Origin: Torpedo marmorata
Lineage: Eukaryota
Assembly: GCA_977017645.1 (NCBI GenBank)
Contig: OZ360240.1
Span: forward strand, 34,286,001 to 34,350,000
Length of the DNA stretch: 64,000 nt
Direction: 5' to 3'
This document shows, piece by piece, positions 13,346-26,299 of this stretch (position 1 is the stretch's first letter; each line of letters begins with the position of its first letter). Position numbers and translations under genes: made by a program. The notes below the pieces were generated by a model. The model searched no databases. It was not told the DNA's origin and worked only from the letters and a program-made list of their open reading frames with translations.

Positions 13346-15550
13346 TCATGAAGAATCGTGAAGAAAGCTCGTCAGCGCTTCTACTTCCTCAGGCGTTTGC
13401 GGAGGTTTGGTATGATATCAGTGGCAAATTTCTACAGATGTGTGGTGGAAAGAGCACTGATCGGCTGCATTATGGTCTGGTATGGGGACACTAATACCCC
13501 TGAGCATAAAGTCCTTCAAGAGGTAGTGGACACTGGGAATAAAAGTAGATACAAAATTGGTAATTTATATAAATTAAATTATTTACCATTATTTACTAAT
13601 ATTAAAAAAGATTTAGAGAATTGGAAAGATGTACCTATAACTTTAATGGGAAGGGTAAATTGTATCAAAATGAATGTTTTTCCAAGAATTCAATATCTTT
13701 TTCAATCAATTCCTTATGAAATTCCTCAAAATTCTTTTAAGGATTTAAATTCAATTATTAGGAAATTTTTGTGGAAAGGAAAGTTGGCTAGAGTAGGTAT
13801 GGAGAAATTAACCTAGGATTACGAAATGGGTGGTTTACAACTTCCTAATTTTCAAAATTATTATAATGTAGCTCAATTAAAATTTATTAACAAAATGTTT
13901 GATTTAGGAAAATCTTCTGCTTGGATTAGAATAGAACTAAATAATATAGGAGAAGATTTGAAAGAAGAGGTTATTTATAAATGGGATTCTAAATTATTAT
14001 TAAGAGGAGGTAAGAACTCCCCTATTTTAAGGCATTTGTTAGAAATATGGAATAAACTGGATAAGGAGATAGGAGGGAAAAAGTTAATTTCTTGTAAAAT
14101 GCCTTTATATCAAAATAAACTTATCCCATTTACTATTGATAATCAATTGTTCAAAATTTGGTTTCAAAAAGGGATTAAAAAAAGTAAATGACTGTTTTGA
14201 AGCTGGTAAATTTATCACTTTTCAAAGAATGAAAGAGAAGTTTAATGTATTAAATAATACACTCTTTGCTTACTATCAAATAAGAGCATTTTTAGTTGAA
14301 AAGTTAGGGCATAGTTTAATCTTACCAAGACAAAGTGAATTGGAGTTACTAGTTATTAATGGGGATATAAATAAATTTATTTCTCAAATGTATAGATTGT
14401 TACAGAAAAGAATGCCGAGACCAGGAATTCATAAATCAAGATTAAAATGGGAATTAGATCTGAATGTAACAATAGATGAGGAACATTGGAAAGAAATATG
14501 TAAACAAAGTATGACGAAGATTATTAACATTAGATATAGGTTAGTGCAATATAATTTTTGGCATCAGTTATATTTAACTCCTAAGAAACTAAAAAATTTA
14601 ATCCGACATTATCAGGTTTATGTTTTAGATGTAATAAAAAGGAAGGTTCTTTTGTACATTCTACGTGGTTTTGTCCAAAGATACATGATTTTTGGCTGAA
14701 AGTTAAAAAGTTTTTAGATAAAGTATTGAGAATTACACTCCCAATGGATCCTAGGATATTTTTGTTTAGAGATATTAAAAGAATTAGTAGTAAAATGAGA
14801 TTAAATATGTACCAAAAAGAATTTTTGCGAATTGCTTTAGCTGTTTCAAAGAAATGCATTGCTATTACATGGAAATCTGATGTAGATTTAGGGTTAGAAA
14901 GATGGCATGCAGAACTTCGTTCATGTATACCACTTGAAAAAATTACTTATAATTTACGTAATAAATATAATTTCTTTTTGAAGGTATGGAGCCCATATAC
15001 AAAAACTGTGGGTTTAAGGATTTGAAGATCTCTTGATATTGGGTCTGACTGACGAACCTGTGTTCCACAATAAAATTAATTTATAGTTGTTTCTTTTAGA
15101 ATGACATTCTCCACACTTTATTCTTTTTTCTTTCTTTTCTTTCTTTTTTAGTAGAGTAGAGGGGTGGGTGGGTTAGGGAGGGGGAAGGGAGGGAGGGGAG
15201 GGTGAAAACATACAGAATTATCAAAATACATGTGATATTTTATAAACATGTATTATCGTGTGATTTAAAATTTTAAATAAAATATATTAAAAAAGGTAGT
15301 GGACACAGTCCAGGACATCACAGGCAAACCCCTTGCCACCATCGAGAACATCTATGGGGAACGCTGACGTCAGAGAACAGTAGCAATCATCAAGGATCCA
15401 CACCAACCAGCACATGCTCTGTTCTCGCTGCTACCATCAGGAAAGAGGTACAGGTGTCACAAGACTTGCACCACCAGGTTCAGGAACAGCTGCTATCCCT
15501 CCACCATCAGACTTCTCAACAACAATCAGGGATTTATTTAAGGACTCTTA
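13346..15550 (+). mobile_element. Rex1/Babar-like LINE 3' fragment, host of an L1 insertion (pieces 13346-13533 and 15294-15550)
   Basis: KKARQRFYFLRRLRRFG...LQEVVDT continues after the L1 as VVDTVQDITGKPLPTIENIY. Confidence 0.8.
13534..15293 (+). mobile_element. 5'-truncated L1/Tx1-type LINE (ORF2 C-terminal part, frameshifted)
   Basis: GRVNCIKMNVFPRIQYLFQSIP, GGLQLPNFQNYY, C-terminal Cys region; G-rich 3'UTR, AATAAA, A tail; 13-bp TSD AGGTAGTGGACAC (13521-13533, 15294-15306). Confidence 0.92.
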
Positions 15551-18480
15551 AATCTAGATTCTGAACCAGACTGTAAAAGCTCTACATACAACCTTTAAAT
15601 AATATTAGACACAATTTTAAAGCAGAGTACAGATTGTTAGTAATAAACAGCATTTGCTGAGAAGGTGTCTGTTTCTAGAAGTAGAAATTTGGGCATTAAT
15701 CCAGTTCATATGATCTCCAAAGACCAAATGATTCCTCTTATCTAATTATTCATTATTTCATTTTAGACCTTTATAGAAACAAAATGATTACCATAAAAGA
15801 ATGAATGACAGGCCTAACTGACTGACAGGTCACTACTTCATTGTGAAACTTGGAGATTTGAATTCTGATCTGCAGAAAGATGGAAAACTGTTGTAACATT
15901 ACAAGATACACAAGAGATATGTAGTTTGTTCCGAATGGAAGAAAGGTCTCAAAGCACTACAGTTAGTTGGGAAGCTGTGCTCAGAATGAAATAAGTATTG
16001 TATCCAATGGGTATTCAGTTTCTATCAATTATTTTTTGATAAGTCGACTGTTATATTAGAAGATTTTTTTTTTTTTAAAATAACCTGCCACGTACACTAA
16101 TCTAACAAAATACAGGTAAATATAGGAAAATAAGGTATTTTCAAAAATAAAGCAATGAACTCAAATGCTCAGCTAGTTTTAAGTCCATAAGAGGAGTTTT
16201 AAAATTTATCTTTCTGGTTTCTTGGTGCCACTGGCATAACTATCATTTAGTATCCATCCCAAATTTCCCCATGTAGTAATGAGCCATCTCACAGATGTGT
16301 GCTAAAAGCACACATCTACATACTAATGCAAAATCAATACTAATAAATTCATATATACCTGTACTTCCTTCTTGGTCTTCTGAATGAGCATTTTTTGAAA
16401 TCATGGAATGTGTTACACTAAAATGCATCAGACAATCCTTAATATGAATATTGCACAAACACTTGTCTAAGGACCTTATTTATAACCTTTGAATGACATT
16501 AAAAATTCAGAATAATGAATATAATATCAAACTAATGCTGCAGTTAGCACCCTGACATACTGCTCACTGGATTCATATTGCCTTCAGAAGCTCAGTTTTA
16601 ATATAGATTAATATTTAGGATGCACATCTCCACTTTCAGCTACAGGTTCTTAGGTAAAATGAAATAGGTTTGGTTATCCAACCAGGAGTGAAATTCCAGA
16701 CGAAATTGCTACAATTTGCAGCGTACCTTCAGACTTCCAAAGAATGGTTTCCATTACTTTTGTAAAAGTCAGTCCATTATACATCAGTTGTATATACTGA
16801 CTGTCTAAAACATATGGCAGAATGACATTTCAAACCAGTAACATCCTTCAGTTTAATAGGCAAAACAGTCCAAAAATACACATTTAAGAAAATCCTTACG
16901 AAATTAAAATGCTGTAGTGCTCAAGTGATAATATGAAGTACAAGAGTGAAATTTAAATATCTTGCAAGGGTTACCTGCATATCCAATTAGATAATCGTGT
17001 GTAACACAGTTCTTAATATCTACTATTTTACAGTACATTTGTCATTTGTGAAATTTTAAAATTAAGTATTACCACTTCTGTCTCTACGACTCTTTCGGGA
17101 GTTCTTTCCAACGGCGCAAGGAGCTAGTGTGTTTACAAAAAAGAATTAACCTCCTTTATGACTTCATTACTCCAGTATTACTAAGGAATAATTTACAATT
17201 GGTTGCAATGAAACTCTATGTACAAGGTATGTTGTTACCTCTTATCCCAAGGGAATAGCTGTTAATTTCACTCTCAGTGCTATCAACTTGCTTGACCAAT
17301 GAATACATGTGTAATATTACTGCTCGACACATAAAATGAGGGCTTGTTTATTGTAGGAACAAAAAGGATAAGGTTCTTATTAATGTTCAAAAGGAGCATA
17401 TACTTCTGTAACAAAGAATGATAATAGATTTTGCACTCATTTTGGTGATTCCGTGTGCCATTTCACTCATAAAAATAGCCTTATTTGTGTTTTGAGTGTT
17501 TTTAAATACTTTTTTTGTGAAAGGACTCCTTCACAATGGATCACTGTATAACACACAATATCTTGGCTAGTACAACATGCAATAGGTTTGGTTATACAAT
17601 TCCAATCTAATTGCAGAATTATTACTCAAGTCAGTTATATTATATTTACTCAGTAAACTTAAATCAAGCCATAAAATGTTTCTAATTTTTCCTTTCACTC
17701 CAGCCAATTGTAGTAATCTGTTACTTAAGTTTAAATGTTGCAGAAGTTTTGCAGAAGATTATTTTGCTAATATCATTGTCATTCCAGAAATGTTCTATTG
17801 TGACTCAGTTTTACTCATATAATGAAGGATTAAAGCAGGTTGAAGTACAGAAATAACCAATTTGTCATTCTGTTTGGCTCTACAGAAATTCTGATCTCAG
17901 CATAATCCAGCTTCAAGTGTGAAATTTCCAGGGAAATATGAAATACATTTCCAGCATTCAGCTGGAATGCAAACCCATCTCTAAGGATATAAATGTACTG
18001 CATTGTTCTTCAAAAGCTTCTCTGGTAAATTCATCTCATTAACTGCCAGAAAAAAAACAACGTTCAGTTCCCAAAGGAGGATCCATCAAAAAAAACCTTA
18101 ACGTTAAAAATGCAAGAAATTTTGTATCAACCCCAGATTACAGAAAGGTACTTTGTCTCTGGGAAATAAAATCTTACAGCCCAGTGATGTGAATATGATT
18201 GGGAAGGAAAGCTAATCAATAGTGAATGAGGAGGTGCCGTCATCAGGGATTTTAATGTGCCAAGTTTCATTTAACTGTTGAGTGTTAAGTGACAAAGTGT
18301 ATCATTATTCACAGATAGCCCAGTTCCCTTTGACATCAAAAGAGACCAGTCAACTTAAGAATAGAACTCCACATTGCATCAGGCTAAGTAACAACTGTGT
18401 GACCAGATAAAGACCATCCAAAAGTAAATGCAAAATAGTTGCTAATTGCAAATATCATCTTCTTGGCTTGTAAAAAGTGT

Positions 18481-18720
18481 TGCGTGGCATGGTTAGTGTA
18501 GCGGTTAGTGCAATGGTATTACAGCACCAGCAACCCGAGTTCACACTTGGCACTGTCTGTAAGGAGTTTGCATGTTCTCCCAGTGTTTCCTCCGGGTGCT
18601 CCTGTTTCCTCCCACTCTTCAAAATGTACGGGGGTTGTAGATTGATCTGTTCATTTGGGCGGCACAGGCTTGTGGGCTGGAAGGGCCTGTTACCATGCTG
18701 TAAGTTTAATTTAAATTTAT
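18481..18720 (+). mobile_element. tRNA-derived HE1/V-SINE-like SINE
   Basis: A-box/B-box-like head, central CTGTAAGGAGTTTGCATGTTCTCCC..TCCTCCGGGTGCTCC core, CR1-like tail. Confidence 0.8.
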
Positions 18721-21700
18721 TTTTCCTTTATACGAAATTCCATGCATCAACTTTATCACTGCTACTATGCTTGGTCTACTTCTATTAGCTAGAAAAAAGA
18801 TACAGGTACATGAAAGCTCTATTGCTGCATGTACCTGTGCACGTGTGTGTGGGCATCAGGCATAACACAAACAAAATTTGATTCATAACCACTGTGGGGA
18901 AAACCATAGCAATAGTAGAAGCATCTATCAGGTTGATGGAGCAATGGGTAACCACACCCTGACATGCTTTCTTTTCATTGCACAGGGTAAAAGAGATTGA
19001 TACTTTACAAATAATTCTTCACGGCAGCTTGGCTCCAATTAATCTTCAAAGTTTTAAAGTCCTAAGTGTAAACCACGAATCATGCACTCAGTGTCTTTCC
19101 CTACTAAACCCCATGTTTTAAACACATTTTGCAAAAATGTCATGAGTCTCCAAGTCAAGGTTAAATGCAGTAACAGGATAGAGCAAAAGATAATTGAATA
19201 TTATGTAATTAAGTTAAAACCATGTAACATTGGGCAGAGAGGAAATTAAGCAATGAAATGGAATTGAACTGCCATGACATTAAAGGTTGAACATGAACAC
19301 AATATTGTAGTTCATACATCAATGTTGGAATCGGATATCAGGAGATTGGCTTAAAGCATGATATTACATGATATTATGAAATTTGGGGGAATGGATACAA
19401 CACGGCAATGATAAAATATTATTACACAATTACATGTTGATAGGACTGCAATAATGTCAACTGTAATGCAGCAAGAATCCCATTTCTTCCAGTTGTGGAA
19501 ATTCCTTTGGATTACAGAATGGGTTGTTTGGATCATTTTCCATCATATTAAGAGTTATATTCTGACGTTGCTGTTGGCAGTTCTCAGTCATTACACCATT
19601 GTTAGGAGTTCGATGCACCCTGTGCAGTCTTCATAATTTCCAATCATAATTAGGGATAATTAATTTATGCAAATATGGGTTAATTCTCTTAATAAGAAGT
19701 TTCAGGCAAATATTGCAATGCCAATGTCTTAATTTCATGAAATTTTGTGTACAAATTAGCATCAATATTTATATTGCCTTTTTAATGAAACAATCATTTG
19801 CATGTTAATGAGGTTTAATTAGCACTAATTAAGAGCAGAGCCTGAGAGAGAACAGACTGAGAATCAAGACCCAATGCAAATAGTACAAAGAGCAAATATT
19901 CTTTTTGCTGAAATATTAAATTTTGGCTTTCTCTTATGAAGCAGCACATTCAAAGTTTGTATGAAAACAAGTACATTGTGATAGTCAGATTTTTAATCAA
20001 CGTGTTTTTGTAAAGCTGATTTACAATCTAAAGCTGATCTAATGCGAAGTGTACATTGATTGTTTGTGTCTGTGTGTGTTATTTGCCTAGGTATTCTGTG
20101 ACTCAACCAGCAAACCAAGCAGATTAAAAGTTGAAGTTATGAAACGTCATCTGCTTATAACTGGGAAGTTTCATTCACAGCAGGAACAGAGCACAAATAT
20201 TCTTGGACATTGTTAATTACTTATGTTTAAAGCCTAAAGGGATGAATCTTAAGCAATATATTAAAACATGCACAAGTGGGGGAAAAAACTTAAATTATTA
20301 ATCCCTTAAAAGAGGATGCAACTACAAATATGACACATTTATTTTAAACTCAACAAGTATTTAATATGATGATCAAAATAAATATTTTTAAAATGTGGTG
20401 GGCTTTTGCAAAGAATAATTTTAAGTCTCAGCAGAAATATGGCAGATGGATAGAATTATTTTTTTTGAGGAGGGTTAATAAATAATATTTCACTGAGTTA
20501 TCTTTTTCATCATGAAAGGGAGTTAACTCCTGTACTATCATTTTTTATACCAACCCTAATCTGCTCCATTCACTATTGCTAAGTTACACAGATGTAACCA
20601 CCTCTGAAAAATCACATATTGCATGAATGCAGGACCTCAGGGTTCTAAGGACATTTTGAAAATTGTAGAAATCATGGAGGTTGTGACATAAAGGACCCAA
20701 TGGAGTTAAAATTAATGGTCTTAGCCTTTAACCATGTACAATTATTCTTCGCTGGTATGAACAAATCCAACTCGAATCTGCAAGGCATCAGGATCAAGGC
20801 AGGCTGCATTTTTGCCATCTACTTCTCCAATTCCCTCAGACAGTGACACAGAAATCGTCAGTGAGTATTTTATTTCACGGGATACTGTTTTGTATTTTAA
20901 CTGCTGCAATGGGGAAGTGGTAGGAAAAAATCTCTCAAATGTCTGTATCAAACCCATATCTATTGTAGTACATTGGTATTAATAGACAAAGCATTTTGTT
21001 AGGGCATAAATATTCATTCAGATTTGGGCGCTCAATATTGTACCGCAGAACAAAATCAAGTTTTGGTGACACAGAGCTGCACTTTATTGTTCATTGATGA
21101 TCCAGAAAAAACAATGCTCTTCTTGATGGTAGAAGACTGAGAAAGAAACTTCCCCACAATGAAGATGATATCATTAAAATCAAGGTGGCACCATTAAATC
21201 TAAAAGGCAGATATTGTTAAAGTTGGCTGCTGAACACAAGTGACCACTTAGACCAAAATAAATAAAGTAATATTGGAGCAGGAAGTGGATGTCAAAAACA
21301 GAGAGAACTGTTTCATGCACATGACCTTACATATGGTTTCTTCTGTATTGCTGAATGTTAATGTTTATGTTTACTAAGAAAAATTGTAGTATGCATAACA
21401 ACACACCTGAGCACACTTTGACTTCTGAATTATTTCACAAACACAGCAAATTAAGCCTTAAATTTTAAGTTGTAACTGAAAGGATTAAACTGTGCAGCAC
21501 AATAGCATAACACATTTCCAAACAAATGGATGCTGAATAAATCTGAACATTCCGTTTTTAAAATTTATTTGTTCATGGGATATTTGTGTTGCTGACAAAC
21601 TCACTATTTATTGCCCATCTCCAGTAGCTTCTTGAACAATGTACCATGTCAGGCCATTTTAGAGGTTAGGTAAGAGACATCTACAGTGGTAGGTCTGGAA

Positions 21701-21744
21701 TCATATTTAGATCAAGCATAAAGATGGCAGATTTCGTTCCTTTA

Positions 21745-22430
21745 ATGAGATTCCTTTTTACTGCGGGTGCGGCAGAATTACCACTAATTGGTAGTGCAAA
21801 AAAATAAACTGTACACAATGTACACATGTAAACAAAGAACTGTAAACAGATAACAAATGTAAACAAACTGTGCAATACAGAGAACACAAAAAGAAAATCA
21901 ATAAAATGCACAAGAGTCCTTAAGTGTGAATCTGTGGAATGCTCTGCCACAGAGGGTGGTAGAGGCAGATTCGCTGATTATGTTCAAAAGAGAGTTAGAT
22001 AAGACTCTAGTGGGCAGAGGAGTTAAGGGTTATGGGGATAAGGCTGGTAAGGGGTACTGATAGTAGTGATCAGCCATGATCTGTAAAATGGCAGTGCTGG
22101 CTCGACAGGCCGAAGGGCCTACTCCAGCTCCTATTGTCTATTGTCTAAATGAGTCTCTGATTGAGTTTGTCGTTGAGGAGTCGGATGGTGGAGGGGTAGT
22201 TGCTGTTCTTGAACCTGGTGGTATGAGTCTTGTGGCACCTATACCTTTCCTGATGGCAGCAGCGAGAACAGAGCGTGTGCTGGGTGGTGAGGGTCTTTGA
22301 TGATTGCTGCTGCTCTCCAACAGCAGCGTTCCCTGCAGATGAACTCAATAGAGGGGAGGGTTTTGCCTGTGATGTCCACTACCTTTTGGAGGGTTTTACG
22401 CTCAGGGTTATTGGTGTTCCCATTTCTGAA
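21745..22430 (-). mobile_element. Rex1/Babar-like LINE 3' fragment interrupted by a CR1 tail
   Basis: ORF 22145-22348 RYRCHKTHTTRFKNSNYPSTIRLLN; 3'UTR continues at 21745-21923. Confidence 0.8.
21924..22145 (+). mobile_element. CR1 3' end nested in the Rex1-like element
   Basis: GTGAATCTGTGGAATGCTCTGCC...GGCCGAAGGGCCTACTCC, (TATTGTC)2 tail; TAA on both sides. Confidence 0.8.
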
Positions 22431-23374
22431 CCATATGGGAGTTTTATGACAATTAGTTATTTCATGGCTCTATCTTTTTACTCCAGGTTTATTTAATTTA
22501 TTGTACTGTATATAGTTTTTAGTTGCTGTGATGAAACTCAAACTTATTTCTCTGAATCAAAAATCCAATGTCTCTGGATACTAGCAATTTAAGTGCCACC
22601 AAACTATATCCATATTGCCTAATCCCTAGCAAGTCACAGAACACTGCTGCTCTCAAGCTCTTACACTACAATCACAGCACCTACAGGCTTTCCTGTTTAA
22701 CTCAAAGTCACAGGACATGATTGCTTCAGAGTATCTGTGTGAATATCCAATGAATACTGGGTTGAGGTAAAACTAGTATATTGGCATTTACAAGGAACAA
22801 AGCATTAAACACACACAGCACATGTACATCTACCAAATAATTGTCTAATTGACTGCTGATGGTGGTTACTGATTGGTAAACTGAATTATCTGTGTTTTCT
22901 CTTCGGAAATCCTTGAATCCCAGTCTTCAAAACTATTCCGTATGTTTTCCCTGTTTTATGTCACAGTTCTTTTGATGTGTGTAATTCAACTCAAATTCAA
23001 TTTAGGGTTCTGGAGAGTTTTAAGGACCCACTGCAAACCAATTATTTTATTTTATTGCTGCAGAAAGAGTTGATTAAGTGGAAACTTGCTTGAAACAATT
23101 TGTATCCACTGGGAAAAATCAAATAAAGCAAGTAGAGATATATTTTCTCAAAAAAACCAAACAAATAAGATTTGATCTCAACAGAGAAATTACCTTTCTG
23201 CGCTACCAATTAATCAAAACTAACTTTTCTTAATTAGAAATAGAATTGTATAACATTTCATTTACTCAGAATATTGAATTCTGGACCAAAAGCATCTTTA
23301 ACCTTTTCCTCGCAATAGAGAATCAAGAAATAAGACAAATGTAAAAGTTACAGAATATTGTGATAACCGGTGGG

Positions 23375-24350
23375 ACTGATGTGTGGCTCGGTACGACAAC
23401 ACCATCTACAAATTTGCTGACAATACCACAGTAGTGGGGTGTATAAAAAGGGGGTGTATAAAAAGGGGTGAAGAGTCAGCATACAGGAGGGAGATTGAAA
23501 ACTTGGCTGAATGGTGTACTAACAACAACCTCTCACTCAATGTCACCAAAACCAGTGAGCTGATTGTAGACTTTAGGAAGGGAAAACCACAGGCGTACAG
23601 TGATCATTGGGGGATCAGAGGTGGAGAGGGTGAGCAAATTTAAATTCCTGGGAGTCACTATCTCAGAGGACCTTTCCTGGACCCAACACACAAAGATCAT
23701 CATGAAGAAAGCATGTCAGCGCGTCTACTTCGTCAGGAGATTGCAGAGGTTTGGTACGACATCAGAAACTTTGGCAAATTTCTGCAGATGTGTGTGTGTG
23801 CTGACCAGCTCCATCATGACCTGGTATGGGGGGGCACCAATATGTCTGAGTGGAAAGCCCTGCAAAAGGTAATGGACACAGCCCAGTACATCACAGGCAA
23901 AACTCTCTCCACCATCGAGAAAATCTACACGGAACGTTGCTGTCGGAGAGCAGCAGCAAACGTCAAGGATCCGCAGCACCCAGGATATTCTCTATTCTTG
24001 GGGCTGCCATCAGGAAAGAGGTATAGGTGCCACACGATTCGTACCGCCAGGCTCAGTAACAGTTGCAACCACTACATAGTCAGACTGCTAAATAACAGAC
24101 TCAATCAGAGACTCATTTAAGGACTCTTACTTTGCACATTATTTATTACTGAATTTTTTTTTCTGTACTGCACAGTGTTTGTTTACATTTCTCTCTTTTG
24201 TAAACATATCTTTTTTCTAGAGTACAGTTTACCGTTACCGATAAGTAGAAATTCTGTCTGGCCCACAGGAAAAATAATCTCAGGGTTGTATGTGATGTCA
24301 TGTACAGTATGTACTCTGACAATAAACCTGAACATTGAACTCTGAACTTT
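23375..24350 (+). mobile_element. Rex1/Babar-like LINE, RT C-terminal fragment
   Basis: IYKFADNTTVVG, LAEWCTNNNLSLNVTKT.ELIVDFRK, FKFLGVTISEDLSW; tail TGACAATAAA plus (TGAAC) repeats. Confidence 0.9.
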
Positions 24351-24569
24351 GATGCCAGTTTCCTGTCATAGTTGGTAGACTAAAGCTATAAGGTCAGGCT
24401 GGTAAACAGCTCTGAGAGAGCAAACTGAAGCACAAATGATAACAACTGTAATATTTGCAGAATCAAATTTCAAGCAAGTATTACCCAAGTCATTGAAACC
24501 ATCTGGTTTTATCTTCCACAACTAATCATATTAGTTATAATAGTGAAACATGTAAGTTCCTAGGGTGGG

Positions 24570-25215
24570 TGTTCTCCTGTGGGAGAGTCTAAAACTAGGG
24601 GTCACTGTGTATCAGTGAAGGATCACTCACTTAAGACAGATCTGGACACTTTATTTTCTCTCAGGGATGTGAGCCTTTGGAACTCTTCCTTGAACAATGG
24701 TGGAAAGAGTCTTGGAATGTGTTTTTTTTTTTTTTTTTTTTTTAAATGGTAGAGGTAACTGGATTCTGATAAGTAAGGGGACAAAGATTATGAGAGAATG
24801 CAGATACAGGAATCTAGAGTAACTAAAAACCTGCTGGAGGAGCTCAGCAGGTTGAGCAACATCACTGGGAGAGAATGACCCAGAGTAGGCGGCAATACGG
24901 AGTTGATTACAATCAGACAATGATCATGTTGAATAGTGGAGCAGATTTGAGGGACTGATGCGCCCATCAATAACTTCAAAAGACTAGAAGTTGTACTTGA
25001 ACTGAAAGGCTTTTATTAGCAATAGAATGGAGCCACGTCCATGCTGGTTGTCTGTCCTGGACTGGGGGAGGAGCAGTGGCACAATCGCCTTTATTCAGGG
25101 GGTCTGTGGGAGGAGCCACAGGAACAGTCAGCAGAGGGAATGTCCAGCCATCTTACACAGCCACAACCTATACACAATGGTTTACCACAGGGACCAAATG
25201 GCCTATTCCTGCTGT
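24570..25215 (+). mobile_element. CR1 3' fragment hosting a Penelope-like scrap (about 24798-24875) and a solo LTR
   Basis: TTCTCTCAG..CTTTGGAACTCTTCCT RT end; tail GATTTGAGGGAC|CAAATGGCCTATTCCTGCT split by the LTR. Confidence 0.7.
24956..25189 (-). mobile_element. Solo LTR, 234 bp
   Basis: TG...CA termini, 5-bp TSD GGGAC (24951-24955, 25190-25194), AATAAA on the minus strand near 25012-25017. Confidence 0.85.
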
Positions 25216-25649
25216 TCACTTTATTTTCGGATTCATTCCTCTTTCCTCTCTCAGGTAAAACAGAGTTCTGAACTGTTACAATTCAACACTGGCATCCCAA
25301 CTGCCACATTCAGTGAGATGGCAAGACATGCAAGATTGTGGATCCAACTTTAATAAAAAGAAATCAATATTTTTGCATCCAGTTATTGCTGCTTCCACTG
25401 TATTGCAACAAAACTGACTGGTGATCAGGTTCACTCATATTTCAAGGATCAAACTTGTAAAATTAATCCTTTATTACGGAAAATTTGGGAAGGTGATCAA
25501 TAGGTGATCTCTATGGTTAATTAGATGATGACAAAAATCTGACCATGAATGATGTTTCCTTTAGCAATTAAAACATTACAATCAAAGCTATTAGCAAAGA
25601 TGATTGTATGAAAAGCTGTGGTGTTAAATATTCCCAAAGCAAAAATAAG

Positions 25650-25810
25650 CTCTGCGTGGGTTTTCTCCGGGGGCTCTGGTTTCCTCCCACCATTCAAAAC
25701 GTACCGGGGGCGTAGGTTAATGGGGTGTAAATTGGGCAGCACGGACTCGTGGGCCGAAATGGCCTGTTACCGTGCTGTATGTCTAAATTTTTTTTTAAAT
25801 TAAAAAAAAA
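25650..25810 (+). mobile_element. 5'-truncated HE1/V-SINE-like SINE
   Basis: TCTGCGTGGGTTTTCTCCGGG..TTTCCTCCCAC core and GGGCCGAAATGGCCTGTTACCGTGCTG tail. Confidence 0.8.
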
Positions 25811-26008
25811 ATTAGCAGTAAAAATGGCAGGACAAAATGACAGGAGTGAGCATTCTCTGTTCCAAAACCTGATGGAAATTAGACCTCATTTATATTTGAC
25901 CAGACTGCTGAAGACTCCTGCCAGTAGCCCACTGACAAAGTGGACTTCGATATTTGGCTTCTTAACAACCAGTCACACTTCCTGTTTCCTGTTCTGTTAT
26001 TATATATA

Positions 26009-26299
26009 TTTTTTTTAAATATTTTATTTAAAATTTTAAATCACTCGATAATACATATTATAAAATGCAAAATTATCAAAATACATGTGATATATTTTCA
26101 CCTCCCCTCCCTCCCTCCCCTCCCACCCTTACTATTCTAATAAAATAAAAAAGAAAGAAAGATAGAAAAAGATAAAGTATGGAGAATGTCAATCTAAAAA
26201 GAACTATACGCTAATTTTATTGTGGATTCGCCAGTCAGATCCGATATCCAGAGATCTTCAAATCCTTAAACCGACAGTTTTTATATATGGGCTCTAAGC
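26009..26299 (-). mobile_element. L1/Tx1 3'UTR fragment
   Basis: Closely similar to 41767-42065 (same L1 family 3' end). Confidence 0.88.
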
